A stretch of DNA of 64,000 bases from Schizochytrium sp. TIO01 (lineage: Eukaryota > Protista > Bigyra: Labyrinthulomycetes), in NCBI GenBank assembly GCA_004764695.1, contig SMSO01000025.1:1550001-1614000 (forward strand), read 5' to 3'. Position 1 is the first letter of the stretch. Each line of letters opens with the position of its first letter. Position numbers and translations under genes: made by a program. The notes under the pieces were generated by a model. The model saw nothing but the letters and a program-made list of their open reading frames with translations. It was not told where the DNA came from and searched no databases. This document shows positions 1-13,400 of this stretch, piece by piece.

Positions 1-3000
1 AACGCACGTGAAGCGTACTGTACAGAACAATCAACTTATCAAGGCCACCTTGGCAACTTCTCACAGGGGGGGTGGAGAGCGATCGATGGCTGTTTGTCTC
101 GATGGATGGGCCGTAGGCTTGAGTGCAAGGAGAAGTATTACCTTGCAATGAAGTTGACTCTCGTCACTAAGTATATTTTGTTGCGGTTTGCAGACAACCG
201 TACCGCAAGCTAAGTATGCAAAGGGGCAGTCTTCGCAACCTGTACGCCTCCAAACGCCTCGCGAGGTTTGAAAGGAGTTCACCGGCACGCACAGGCAAGC
301 AAGGACAAGATGGACTCGGGTTTGTGCAAACTAAAATAAATCACGATCATTCTAATTAGTGATACAGGCAATTTTATAACTTTTTAAAAAAAAAGTGCTC
401 CTAGTACTACTCCTATTGTTCGCAATAATATAAGTAGTATGTATTTCTTTCTGTGAACTTCTTTTAATTTTGTAAGAGGTGATTCAAGTTCTATTCTAGG
501 CCTCGCTAGTACCTAGCAACATGAATTATTTTAGTTAAATTTAAATAAATAAGAATATGGGACAAGCCAGAGAAATCAAGTTGGCCACGTCGCAGTCAAT
601 TTCATTCCATTTTGTTGCAGTCAGTCATCAGCGCATGTTAGTTAACATGCATGCGGAGTAGCACATCCTTGCGGAGAATATTCCGCGATCTCTTTTCCAC
701 CACCGGTGGGCGTTGGATGCAACGCTCCTCGACTCGACTTCGTGACCGTCGTTATCAAACCAAGCTGCTACCACCATCCTCAAACTTTTATCCAACTTTA
801 GAACTTCAAGTTCAACTTTGTTTCTTCTTCTAAACTTTCAAGTGGATATTATGATATTGAAACTAGAAAAATAGTACCTTCTACGTGTTTAGACTAGCCA
901 GCACTAGGCAAGTGAGCACACCCAAACGGAAGGAAATCAGCAGCGCTTTTTTTTTCTTCCCCCTTTCGCACGCGCAGCAGCGCATATGAGCTCAGCGGAG
1001 AAACAAACAAACAGAGCAGAGGCCTATAGGAAAGGCAGCGTGGTGACTCAGCCAGGATGACAGGCACGCCTTCTCAGCGCAGGGGGTGGCTCAAAGGGCT
1101 CTGGCCTGCTCAAGCAGAGGCGAAACTACAAAGCTAAGGCCCCTCCACGCGAGGCGCCTCAATCGGCCTCAGGTGCGTGCAAACTCAAGAGGATTTTTTG
1201 GGCAGGAAAAGAGGATTAATATGGCAGAAACATAGGCGTGACTCTCAGTGGGCCAGGAGGGGACAGATCGCAGCTATGCTAGCAGCAGCGGTGGTGGACT
1301 TGTCTGCTGCGGGGCCACTGTGGGGCAGTCTACGCATATTGGCCGCAGTAGTATACGAATCAGAGGCCCCCACACTGCGCAGTTCGGCGCGTCGAGGATA
1401 GGGATTTAGCTGACCCTCCACTGCGACCTAAACTCTGCAGTGTGCAAGGGGGAGAAAAGTCCTGGCATCGACGCGTGCACACGGCGCGGGGGAACAAAGG
1501 GATCACCACAGATGAGTATGTGGTTGTGCGGTTCCTGACGGTTCGATGTGATGAGTAATATGTAATTGGTTTCTTTACAGCCAACCACGTGCCGCGAACT
1601 TCGACTCCATCCCTCCATGAATCATCACCATGGTGGTTATAAGAACCTAGCGTGATAATTCGAGTGAGCGCAGCGTTCGTGATCAGCTGTGCCAGCCGAT
1701 GGAATCGGCGTGGCCGTCCGGGTTCTTCTGCTTGCACAACCTCAAGGGACGATAGGCGCCTCTATACTAATTGACATTAAAGTTCTCGTAAGGTTTGCAA
1801 GCTCGAGTAGCGCGGTTCAAAGTTGAACCAATAAATGACATACATGCCCGAGGCACGTACACACCTTTTAATCCGCCTAAATTCTTAATCTTGATGGTGA
1901 ATCTGCGCTGTCTTAGCTATTGAGATAGAAAGTAGCTCGCGCAGTGCCGAGCTAGGCGGCGCTTTCAATTGCTTCAACGTGCGTACCTGCCAATCTATCA
2001 AAATGAGTAATTATTATGGCAAACTAAATTATTTAACTTATAACCTTTGACCGATGAGACTGGTGATGCTAAGGGATAGGGAAGTACCTCCACAAGTGCG
2101 TGGCATAGTGAAAGAAAATTCAGCCTGCAACAAAAGATTGCAAAGATTGCAAAGATTAAGGATCCCTTGGAAGCCACTTGGAAAGCTTACACAAATTCAG
2201 TGTTTGTTTATTTTAGAAATTAAGATCGGCATAAGATAACATCACAACTAGTACTAGGATTTTAAAATAAGCAGAGAGTATCCAGATTTATGACTAGGCA
2301 GTACCAGGGTAGGACTTCTTCGGATATAAGTATTGAGAAATTATTTCGGCTGGAGACTTTTTACCCAAGTCAAAACATTACAACTTAGTACCTCTGGCTA
2401 GTGAGCGTGGGTTGTAAGACTAGACTCAGGTCAAGACTCTAGAAAGGTCTCTCTCCCAACCTAGGCATCGCCCTACTTGCCGGTCAATGCAATCTTGAGA
2501 AGCCTATGTTAAGTCAAAATGATTGATTCAGGAGAAGCGTCCAAGTGACTGCGGAGAGGATGGAAGAATTATCTGAAAATGATTGCATTATAGCTGACTG
2601 CCAATCGGCAAAGTGACACGTGCCACTTTCTCAGTGTATATCACAATGTAGTTCATACTACCTTTTGCCTAGCTAGCTTGGGCTAATTCCCATGTGTTCG
2701 TTGTTTCTTATTATTGGCGAAAGCAAAGTCCAAAAGTTAAAGATTGAGAAGATTGAAAATAGATTTGGTATGTACCTGGATACTGCATGAAATAGGTTCA
2801 CAATAATGTGTAAACCGCACATTTTGAATTATGTAGGGAAGAAGAATGCACAGAGTTGACTAGAACCAAGTTTACCTTCTAACAGCGTTGTAATTGTCAG
2901 TGCCATGGCTAGACTATAAAAAATATATACTTGTTCTCACATGACGAAATGCGAGAGGAGGCATCTTGGGACTTAGGAATTCATTGTGGATTGCATTTGA

Positions 3001-3801
3001 AGGGTTTGTATCACCGCTTGCTAATTAGGATGCAACTCAAAAGAAGAGTAATGAATCACATCAACATTTTAAATAACCTACGAACACTCTTTCCAGATAG
3101 CAATTAGTCTAAGTAAAATTTGAAGTCATCATCCTCAAAAATACAATCTAAGTAACCAGGCCATAGACCAAATTAAAATATAGTAACAGCGATACAACAG
3201 CCCTATAAGTATTGCTTGTGTTCTACTGAGGAGTTCTAGTTATGACAAAATTCATATTTCATGAATGCCAACTTCAATAATGGTAGTAGCCTATGGAGCG
3301 GAGGTTATGTAGACTTGTGCTGAATAAACCCGGTAGGCTGTGTCGAGGTGGGGCTTGTGCAACTTAAGCGTAAAAAATATATAGATAAAGAATTTTGTTG
3401 GTGTCCTTGCTCGAAAGCTGAATTTCTCTATTCTTTCTTGCTTCTTCTTTTTTTGTTTAAAAAAGAGGGAGGATATTGGGTTGTTTGAGTCAACGAAACC
3501 GTCGCTGGTTTGTAATGTTTTGTTCATTTGGTTTAGACCAAAGTAAAACTATATCTTTTCAATTTGTAGGATGACCCGGTTTATCAATCTTCGAGAGTCC
3601 CATATTTGCACATTTGTATTCGGGTACGATTGATCCAGTGTTGTGCTGCGAGGTGGGCACTATGTGGTCCAAAGGCTAACGTAAAATAAGGTATGGGCAA
3701 ATCCCATTTGAGATTCCATCAATTGAATCTCACATTCGTTGTGAGGTTTGCAATAAGAATGGTCATTTAGAAGAATAAACGTTCTGGACCGGGACGCATA
3801 A

Positions 3802-5643
3802 TCATGAAGCGGTAGAAGATGGGGAAGGTGCAGAATTTCTGTTGATACTAGGCACGGTCTCTGCAGATGAGGTCAGCTTCACTGGGTTTGTAGAAATCCG
3901 CATTGAAGATGGTAAAGGTGGTGGGGGTGCGCCTCCATTTAAACTGCTTACCAGACTGTTTCGCATGTGTTCTGGGGCAGTATAAAACGTAGATGGGTAA
4001 GTTAATGGCTGAGGGCTTGGGCCCTTTGGAAAAGACGACGATAAGTGACCTCCCCTGTTCTCCTTGGGTTGCTGAGACGAGGCATTGCTTTCTGCACTCT
4101 CGCTTTGATTGTCTCCAGCATCCTCGTCATCCTCGTCGTCTTCATCCTCGATCCGCCTTCTCTTTGACGGGGATAAATTTTCTGGACTACCCGAGCCACC
4201 TCCATGATGGATACAGTACATAAACCCACCACGTGCTGCACGATTGCAGGACTCTTCTCTGCAGCGAGTTCCACCACCGTGTGACTTACAATAGTTTGTT
4301 GGACCTTGCGCCAGTTTGGTACAAGATGCGACTTCACAGCAGCGCGCGAAACGCTTCCCATCCCAGCGCTTGACAGAACCTCTCACCATGTAAACTTTTC
4401 CCTTGATGCGCTGTGAGGCAGGTGGACAATCCAGGTAGACGGGCTCTGGTTTGATATCGTTCGATACAGGGAGATCCACAGCAGGTTGCACATCATTTCT
4501 GAATGGCGCAGCAAGGCCTGAATTTGCATGATGCAAATGTGGAATCTGAGAACCAACGCCTTGATCAAGCAAGTTTTGAATTGACGCTAGATTCGAAGCT
4601 TGTTGATTCGGCTGAAGTGATTGTTGTAGCTGTTTTTGCTGCTGAAACGCTGCAAGGGCTGCAGCAAATAAAGTTTGTTGGTGCTCATGAGAAGCCTTTT
4701 CAGCTGCTCCTCCAGCATCAGTCAAGTCAAAATTCTGATTGCCTGAGAGAAGATTTGGATTCCTCTGGTTTGGAGGAAAATGCGATTGGTTGTTGCGAAT
4801 GCTTATGTTATCCGCTGCATTCGAATTAAAAAAGGCTGGCCTATTCCCCCCTGAGGAAGTGGGAGTACCAGCAGAGATGGATCTGTTACCAAGAAGAGTA
4901 GCAGCTAGGGAGCTGTTGGAGAGAGAAGTATTGAATTGAGATAGATTTCCCGTGGCAGAAGCATCCCCTGATGTGCGCGGGGCCCTCAGAAACTGCTGGA
5001 GAAATTGGTGCTCCTGGTGTTGACGTGGCTGTTCATGAACTTGTTGCTCCTGTTGTTGCTGTTGATGCATGAGAAGGAGCTGTAAGAGAAGCTTTTCACG
5101 GTCTACACCAGCAAAATTTGAAAGTAGTCTTTCGGCTGAGATCCCTGCAGAGGAAGAAAGGTCGCTCGAGGAGAAGGGCGGCTGTGAAACTCCAACTTGA
5201 TTTTGCATAGAGTCTTGAAATTGTGGAACAAACCCGTTGTTACCACTACCTTGAAGTATGGCAGCGGACTTTCGACGCTCGAGCTCGAGAGCAAGCATTC
5301 TCGCTACATCTGTCATGTTGTTGTTATTGTTGTTGCCTGAAATATTACTACTGTTTAGGCCACTCCAAGCGATATTGTTGGATGAATCGTTTGCTTCAGA
5401 CGTGCTAAAGGAATTATTGGCTAGAAAATTGAGATAGGAAGCGGGGAGTGAAGACGTTGCTTGAGAAGATCCGGGATGGTTTTGCTGCACGTAACTATCG
5501 CTATCGCTTGTGGTACTGCTAGTACTGTTGAATTTGCTCTTGCTGCTACTCTGGTTTGCGCTGTCTTCCCGCTTGACTGAAACCTCCCTAGAGTCCGCCA
5601 GGTGGCTTTTAAAGCGGGGCTGAGTACTATCACTTGTGGTCAT
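3802..5643 (-). CDS. Putative transcriptional regulator: long Q/N/S low-complexity region plus two WRKY19-like C-x4-C...C-x2-HGGG zinc-finger repeats
   Basis: 618-codon ORF; the track start is TTG at 5658 and the first ATG is at 5643. Repeats CEVASCTKLAQGPTNYCKSHGGG and CREESCNRAARGGFMYCIHHGGG are followed by an NLS-like PSKRRR and an acidic tract. Confidence 0.8.
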   Translation of the reverse strand: MTTSDSTQPRFKSHLADSREVSVKREDSANQSSSKSKFNSTSSTTSDSDSYVQQNHPGSSQATSSLPASYLNFLANNSFSTSEANDSSNNIAWSGLNSSNISGNNNNNNMTDVARMLALELERRKSAAILQGSGNNGFVPQFQDSMQNQVGVSQPPFSSSDLSSSAGISAERLLSNFAGVDREKLLLQLLLMHQQQQQEQQVHEQPRQHQEHQFLQQFLRAPRTSGDASATGNLSQFNTSLSNSSLAATLLGNRSISAGTPTSSGGNRPAFFNSNAADNISIRNNQSHFPPNQRNPNLLSGNQNFDLTDAGGAAEKASHEHQQTLFAAALAAFQQQKQLQQSLQPNQQASNLASIQNLLDQGVGSQIPHLHHANSGLAAPFRNDVQPAVDLPVSNDIKPEPVYLDCPPASQRIKGKVYMVRGSVKRWDGKRFARCCEVASCTKLAQGPTNYCKSHGGGTRCREESCNRAARGGFMYCIHHGGGSGSPENLSPSKRRRIEDEDDEDDEDAGDNQSESAESNASSQQPKENRGGHLSSSFPKGPSPQPLTYPSTFYTAPEHMRNSLVSSLNGGAPPPPLPSSMRISTNPVKLTSSAETVPSINRNSAPSPSSTAS

Positions 5644-8600
5644 ACCGGGGTATATCAACTCCGTCTGCAGGAGCAGGTCTCACAGCAGTGGTGGTGGCCG
5701 TAGCTGTGAGATGCCGTCCATGCACCCTGCCGGGACTAAGAAATCGCAGATCGTGATTAACGGGGAACCGCTTTGATCAAGGTTGGATGCGGCTTTTTGT
5801 CCCAAGATACTCTTACCCGCTGTGTCGAGACGCTTGTGTTATGGATAAAATTCCACAAAAGCTAGCTTTGATTTACACTGGCAAGAACTCCTAATTGCCT
5901 GGTTGCACCTGGCGGGCGGATGGTTTGTTCTTGTTTTTCTGTTTTTTTTCGATGACACCACGAGCCTTGCGCAACCTTCTTCTGGCCTGTGTAGGAGACT
6001 TTCTAAGTTTCCGCTATGTTTTACTAATCACAACAGCACAGTAACTCCCGCACAAGCTATTCGTTTCACACCAGCAGATTATCCAAATCGTTGAGAGAAT
6101 GCCGTCAATTGAGCGAAAATTGACCGTGTGAAGGCGTCCAAGGTAAAGCAAAGAGTTGGCAGTGCGTGGTCACAATCTCTCCTTCGCCGTGGCAGCTCGA
6201 CGTTGTGGCAAGAGCACCCTAGAAAGTAGAATTGCCTTATTGCGCAAGCTCTTCAATAGTTTCTTGCTACAACCCTGAAGATCACCTGTCTATTACGCAC
6301 CCACACACGATCAACACTTAACTTATGCAGGCCTAGCTGACAACAAGTGTATGACTTAATCGCAGCTAATCAAGGACGCTGTCTTCTTCTTCAAACTGCT
6401 CAGGGCGCACAAAAGTCGAAGTTGAGAATTAGAAGAGATTGACAGCGCAAATCGCGACCCGCTTAGAAGAACGAACCCAAGGGCACGACGAGAGCGGTGG
6501 TGCCTGTGTCGGTTGGAAGTGTTATGGTCTGTGCCTATTGATAACGAGGTGTTTCTGCCGCGCGATAGTCCGCTTCGACAAGTGCCTGAACTACGAGAGC
6601 CGTAGCGCTCGATGGACGCACGAAGTGACGAAGACGATTGAAAAGGAAATGCACGAGTGAAGTCCAAAATGAAAACCACAAGAACGCAAAGCACCGCCGA
6701 GTATTGCAGCAGCGAACGTAGAAGAGTGAAATTCTGCGAGAGAAGAGAGGGCAAGTAGAGACCAGGATGCAGGACGCGGGTAGAGCTGTCGTTGTGGCGC
6801 ACCTGTAGCGTTGATCGATTGATGTTTCCAGCAAGATGCTGTGCGTGAATGGATGAGTGAATGGCCGAGCGAGACTCAGACTCAGACGGGCTTGTGCTCC
6901 TTGCTCCTTCAGCAGCTGCCTGCGTGGCTCCCTGCGTGCGTGCGTGCGTGAATGAGTGCCTGTTTGGCAGATCGATTAGTTTCTCCGTTGGATGATTGAT
7001 TGATCGAACGATCGATCGATCGATTGGGTTCTCTTGATTGACTGATGGATCGATCGATCGTCGAGTAGTGTTTTTTCTTGTTGCAAGTTTGATTGAGGTT
7101 GTTTGTTCGTTTAAAGGGAGACCGATCGATCGATATTTCAACTCTTCTTTCAACCCAAGTTCCTTTTTTTTAATTTGTTTTTTTAAACACTAACTTTTAA
7201 AAATAAAATTAAAAGCAAATGTTTCCAAGCGTACCTTTCATATTTTTTTTAATTAAAAAAATAATAATTTATCAAGATTCGTCTTTTATATCTTCAATTT
7301 TAACAATTGAAATTAGCAAAAGATTCCACTCTTTTACATTGACTGGTTATTTTCCGCAGCTTCGACTCTTTAAAAAATATATTTTAAAAAAATGAAAATA
7401 GATGATGAGACATAAAATAAAGAATATTTCCTAATTTATTTACAAAGAGAATAAGAAGGTACATCTCTCTCTCTTTAACATAACAAATAAAAGAACAGAT
7501 TTAAATAGAGCGAGGTTTGGACGCTTTAGAAATAGATATAACGAGTGTACCTACAACAGAACTGACACCAAAAGAGAGGGAGGGCGGATGAGAGTACTTT
7601 GAAAACTCAAAGTAAGTAGCTACGGCCTTCATTACTACGACATGTATCGACGTGTATCTATATACCTTATGCATCTGTGTTTTGCTGGTTTGGCCACGGA
7701 CAACGCGCGCGCAAAGTTGATGACCCACTCGGAGGTGATCTGCCGGAAGATAAAAGGAGAACGAAAAGGAAAACGAAAAAGCAAGCACTCAGAAAGAAGT
7801 AGAGTAGCTAGTAAGAAAGATCATAATAGTGGAAAAGGACCCGAACTGACAGATGAAAGGTTAAATGAAATACAACCAGGTACTTCAATCAGCGCGCAAT
7901 TCGATCTAGGCAATGTCTTGAGGAGTCCAAACAGTCTTGCAGTCCTTATGCGTATTTCGTGATTTTATGATTGATTGATTTAATGCATGAATGGATGAGT
8001 GAGTGAATCGAATAAAGGGACTGCACTCATCCCGTTTATTAGTTGGAATCAATAGTTTACTATGAATGTTGCCTTCCTTTCTCCCCATTGAAATGAGTTT
8101 AAGGAAAATTAGTTATGAAGTGCGAGAAAGAACTGCATTTCATTCATAGGTAAATAAACATGCCAATAGAGGAGGCTTTCTTTCAGTTATCATACGGACG
8201 AAAACTTCGAACAAATCATATTCATTCTTTCGTCGTCGGTCCTCGCTACTTTGAATGAAGGAAACCTTGTGAAGGTTAAGAGCCGTCCACGCCGGGCTTA
8301 GACCTTTGCCATACATGGCGGTATCGATATTTCTCTCGTTACCTTTGTCCTTTATGCATTGCCTCTGGAAGAACATAGTGGTGGAGCGAATTGAGGAGGG
8401 GCGAGATTTTGTAGCGTTTGGCAGCACTGCTTAGTCTATGGTTAGCGGCGCCGATAGGGGAGTGATGCGAGTTTTTAACTTTTCGTTTTCTTTCGTTTTT
8501 CATTGGCCTAGCTTGCTCTCTCTGTTTTATAAAATAATTTGTTTTCACTTTCTGTGTCCCTTTTCGGAACGGCCCATTATTATGCGAAATAATCTCACCA

Positions 8601-8986
8601 CCATGGTTACGAAAGAAGAACTAAGAGTATACTTTCCAGCTATGCTTTTTAAACATTTTCTGTAGTACCTACTATACTCAGGTAAGTAGGTAGGTAGTGA
8701 GTCAAAAACAGAATTCTAAATAAAATGTAGAGAGGTAAACAGGAAGATCTGTGCAAAGTACCCAAAGTGAATTTCTGCCTCACATGTGCTTTTAATTAAC
8801 ATGTGTATAAAATTTGTTAAATGAAGTATCAGTGTTTTGCTTTTAAAGCATGAAGACTTCCCAGCAAGACAGTAGGTGCCTAACACCTCCTACAAAGCAG
8901 ATCTAGTGCCCGTTATTTAAATTTATTTCTATTTATTTCAACTTTGCAAAAAATTGTTTGGATAGTTTGGATAGAAGAGAGAGAGT

Positions 8987-9083
8987 AAAAAAAAAATGTA
9001 AAAGAAAAAAGAAAAAGAAAAAAGAAAAAGAAAAAGAAAAGCATAAGCAAAGCAAAGCAAAGGAAAGGAAAGCAAAGGCAAAA
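8987..9083 (+). repeat. A-rich purine tract with (GAAAAA)n and GCAAA units
   Basis: Directly visible: aaagaaaaaagaaaaagaaaaaagaaaaagaaaaagaaaagcataagcaaagcaaagcaa. Confidence 0.8.
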
Positions 9084-9433
9084 ACTACCTCAGAAGCAGA
9101 GGCAGCTCTTTTTCTTCTTCTGGGAACATTCTTCCCTCAATTCCACATTCTTTGCTGCTGCCTTCCATGAGCGTGGTGTTTGGGCTTCTTTTCGTACATC
9201 TTGGCCTTGAACACATACATACGTAGGTCCCCTGATAGTCGATAGTCGTCAGTCAGTCAGTCATCGACTTTCATGCCTCCATCATCTCCAATCATTAGTA
9301 AAGGCCCCAGTGGTGAAGAACCAGTTCGCTAGCATCATAATGGCAGGCAAAGTGATGCAGAACACAGCCGTACTTGCTGCTAACTGAGTGTTTGTTTGGT
9401 TGTTGACACATTTATTTTTATGTTCGTCCTCGA

Positions 9434-9706
<273 letters not shown>

Positions 9707-10008
9707 GCAATCTTGTGCTGCCAAAGCTCTTGAGCATTTCCTATGATGTCAGAATGGAGTCACGATGGCCACACACTCACCTCGCTGTCGCAGATATACA
9801 GATTTGCAGCGCTCGAGGATACATCCAACTGGACGATGGATTTGAGGCGGATGGACGCTACGAGGCGAAAAGCTTTCCTTTCTCCAGGCGCCCAGGACAT
9901 CGACTTGAGGCACTTCTGCGCTACGGCGACAGCTTAGTAGCGGAGGCCTCCTGCTCTTGCACAAGGCCGAATTGCTTGGAGCTAGTTGCTTGGTGTGCAT
10001 AGTTCATC

Positions 10009-10048
10009 GCAGTGCAGCGCAGTGCAGTGCAGTGCAGTGCAGTGCAGT
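10009..10048 (+). repeat. (GCAGT)8 pentanucleotide repeat
   Basis: Eight units, one of them the variant GCAGC. Confidence 0.95.
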
Positions 10049-10405
10049 GGAAGCAAACGAACAAAAAACAAGCAAACAAGCCGCTGTCGTTATCGTTTCT
10101 TCTGAAATTGGAGATGGTTCTTGACGAGTTTCCACCTCAAACAGACTCGGTCTTTCCCGTGGCCCTGCTTCGCTTTCCTTCGATTCCTTCGATTCCTTCG
10201 CTTTTCTTGGCGGTTCTTGCCAGCCAGGCAGCCAGCCAGTCGAAGTATCACTCACTCTCACTCTCTCTGCGGAAGCCACAGCGCTGTCGAGACATAGAAC
10301 TCGCGTTTCTGCTGGCTCGCTTGGCTTTCGTGGCGCAAGCCAGACAGACCAGCCTTAGGGCCCTAAAACGCGCATGCACTTTGGAGACCAGAGAAAGCAA
10401 AGAAA

Positions 10406-10475
10406 GCAATGCAATGCAATGTAATGCAATGCAATGCAATGTAATGCAATGCAATGCAATGTAATGCAATGCAAT
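10406..10475 (+). repeat. (GCAAT)14 repeat with 20-bp higher-order unit (GCAAT)3GTAAT
   Basis: GTAAT variant units at 10421, 10441 and 10461. Confidence 0.95.
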
Positions 10476-13400
10476 GCAGAGCCGCACTGGGACCACACGT
10501 GCTTGTGCATGCGTGCTTCAGTGCCACGTCAGCTTTGGCTTTGGCTTTGGCTTTGACTTTGGCTTTACGGACTCGAGTTTCATGCTTGAGAAGGACCAAT
10601 TCAGAACTTGGGACATCTATATCTCCGCAAGGTCGATGTGCAACTCGTGAGGGAAGACGGCCATGGTCTTGGTGCTCGAAAGAGCACAGGCGGGCCATAG
10701 CCAGCAAGCTGCGAGCTACGGCAGCTCCATGGGCTGCTTTGGCTCGATAGTTGCAAGTTCTAATCGATCGTGAAATGCAAGACAGACTGCTTCTTGCCCA
10801 GCACGCATGGGGTCAATAGATGCTCCAGACCTGCGCAAAATAATCGACCTTGAAGCATGCAAAGCCACTGCCCAAATCGCAAGGCATGCAAACGGTTGTA
10901 CGGCGATCCCCTGCGCACGAGCACGACAAGTAAATAGATATGGTTATGGATGTGCTCTCCGAATTTGGTACCATGTAACCTGCAATTGATCTCACACGCG
11001 CAATCCTCTGGGCAAAAGCTCTCGTACCGCGGGCGAGAAGGGCTCGACTTCGTTGCTGTTGAGAGTGAAGTCGAAGTCGAAGTTCTTGTCTTCGACTTGC
11101 TGCTGCTGTGCAAGGTTTCTTCAACCAGATGACAAATAAGCACACCCAGCTAAGGCCAACGAGTTTCTTGCCAGAGAACTCTGGCCAGTTCTCGTTCTTA
11201 TCGAAGCAGCTTCAAGGCCCTTGCGTGAAACGCCTTGCTCGTGTTTATTCATTCCCTCGATAGCCGTGTGCGGCATCATGAGCGGGGCCCTGTGCATAAT
11301 TGATTGAGTTTGCAACAGGCTCGCACCCGTGAACTGCCAAAGCTGTGGAGCTGCTTTCCCTGGTAGCGATAAGTCTGTCTCTGGCGTTTTGAAGGAGGAA
11401 GGAAGTCGCCTTTTCAATCGGAAACACAGCAAGCAAACTCACGGCACGAGTCTTTTAATCCTTGATCCTGCCTCTAACAGCTAACAGCGATCTATCTCTC
11501 TCTTTCTTTGGGAACTTGATGAGAGAATAAACCTCTGGCAGCAAGCAATGGCCTAATTGCAGAATGCAAGAAACTACGTGGATTCTGCTGTTCTGGTCGG
11601 AGCACGCACGACCGCTGCTCTCGCATACGCGGCAGCTCTTCTGACTGTATGTGGACGCTGCAAGGCATTCGGAGGCCTGAGCACAATGATGCAATCAATG
11701 CTCAGCTGATCAGGTAAGAAACTAAAGCAAACCAAGACCTTTTTCATCAAGTTTAAGTTTAAGTTTAAGTTTTTTTTTGTTTTGTTTTTTTAACATTTTA
11801 GATTAAATTGAAGTTTAGTAGGTTAAACAAGGAAGAACTTAATCATAGCAACACATAATCAAAAGAGGGAGAGCAACTTAGAAGTAGGTAGTTGGGAAAC
11901 CCCCAACATTTGTCGACATAGAAGCACGCGAACTTAGTGTTTCTTTGTTCTCTTGGCGCTGTGCTGATTTTCTAATAAAGTTTCCAAAGAAAAAGGAAAA
12001 GCGACTGCATTGATTGAAAAGAGAAAAACCGACCATCTTATGACATCGATCACCATAGACAATACATGTCGTCAGCCCATCATCCTGTCTGTCTGTCTGT
12101 GTCTATTTAGGGCCAAACGAAATGCCAAATTGAGCTTTCGAACTTATTTGTTCGAAAGGGTTTCGCTTACTTTCAGTCGCGCCGCAGCTCTGTTCCGTCC
12201 CAAAAATACTTTCTATGCCTCAAAGTGAGTACCTAGATACCTCAGTACTTAGGAAGGAAGGTGACTATCTGCAAAATTAAATTATGATAAAACTGTTTTT
12301 TTATTCTTTTATAATTTAAAATTAAAGTTTTAAAAGTCGCGCAGAGGTTTTGCTTCTCCTTAGGTTCTATGGTGTGCTTAAAACCACGTAAACTACCACT
12401 CTGTAAAAAAATAAAATGAACATTTAAAAAAATATTGTTGAGTTTTTAAATTAAAGAAAATCTATTAGTTAAGCTGTTTCTTTTAATTTATTTTCTTGGT
12501 CTCTCGGAGATGTTTTTCGAGGTTTCAAGAATGTTTCGTCTTTTGCCGGAAATATGTCAACCTACGAGTATATACTATGCTTTGAGCATCAGCAATGCAA
12601 AGTGACATGCGAGATTTAGGCCGGGCTAGGGAAATGATGATGTCTCAAGTGATGGAGTATCGCACACAGAGCCCAGCACCCGATATCGATCAATTCGAAT
12701 TGTTCTCCGGATTTAGAGCATATACCTTTATTTGTTTGGGCGATTCTCAGTGTTCCCTTAATCCACGCAACAGAACAACAGAGTGAGAATTAAATTCCTG
12801 TTCAAGAACATATATTCACATCAGCTAATAGCAGTTGGTAAATCAACAACACTTTCTCTAAGCAACATCAAATGCCTTAGATATTGGCCACCTCGCTGCA
12901 ATATTGCTACTCAACTTCTAATAACATGATGTTCGTGGCGTCCTCGCGAGTATAGAAATAAGGCTGCATACTAAGAATGCGGCACAAGTCTTGACTTGGT
13001 TCTAGTACGATGCCAACACGATCATATTCGCAGGAATAGACGCACGTAGAGAGTTTAACATTTAAAAAAAAAAATGAAACAGTGTCCAGGAGCACAGTCA
13101 TGTCCTGGTCGCAAACTGAGCAAACTTATGTACTACCCAGCTGAAGCAGGAAATTAGATGAACTAATCTGTCCAAAGCACGGCCAAGAAACAGTTGGAGA
13201 ATTCTAGATGAAGTCTAAGTTTTTGGCCCACTGTGAAGGGTTCATATCGAATGTAATTTGTTTTCGAGAGAGCGTGTTCTAGGATTGATTAATTACCTTT
13301 CAACCACATGAAAGCAAGACCGGCTACCAAAATTATGTTTCAATTTACAGGATTTGGCTATGACTATATCAGGTATTTAGGTGTATTGTTTTGTTTTTTC

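Noticed and set aside
6356-7153. 265-aa minus-strand ORF
   Set aside because: TTG start, and it is built largely from GATC/GCGT repeats and low-complexity sequence with no domain; more likely 5' UTR or promoter of the zinc-finger gene.
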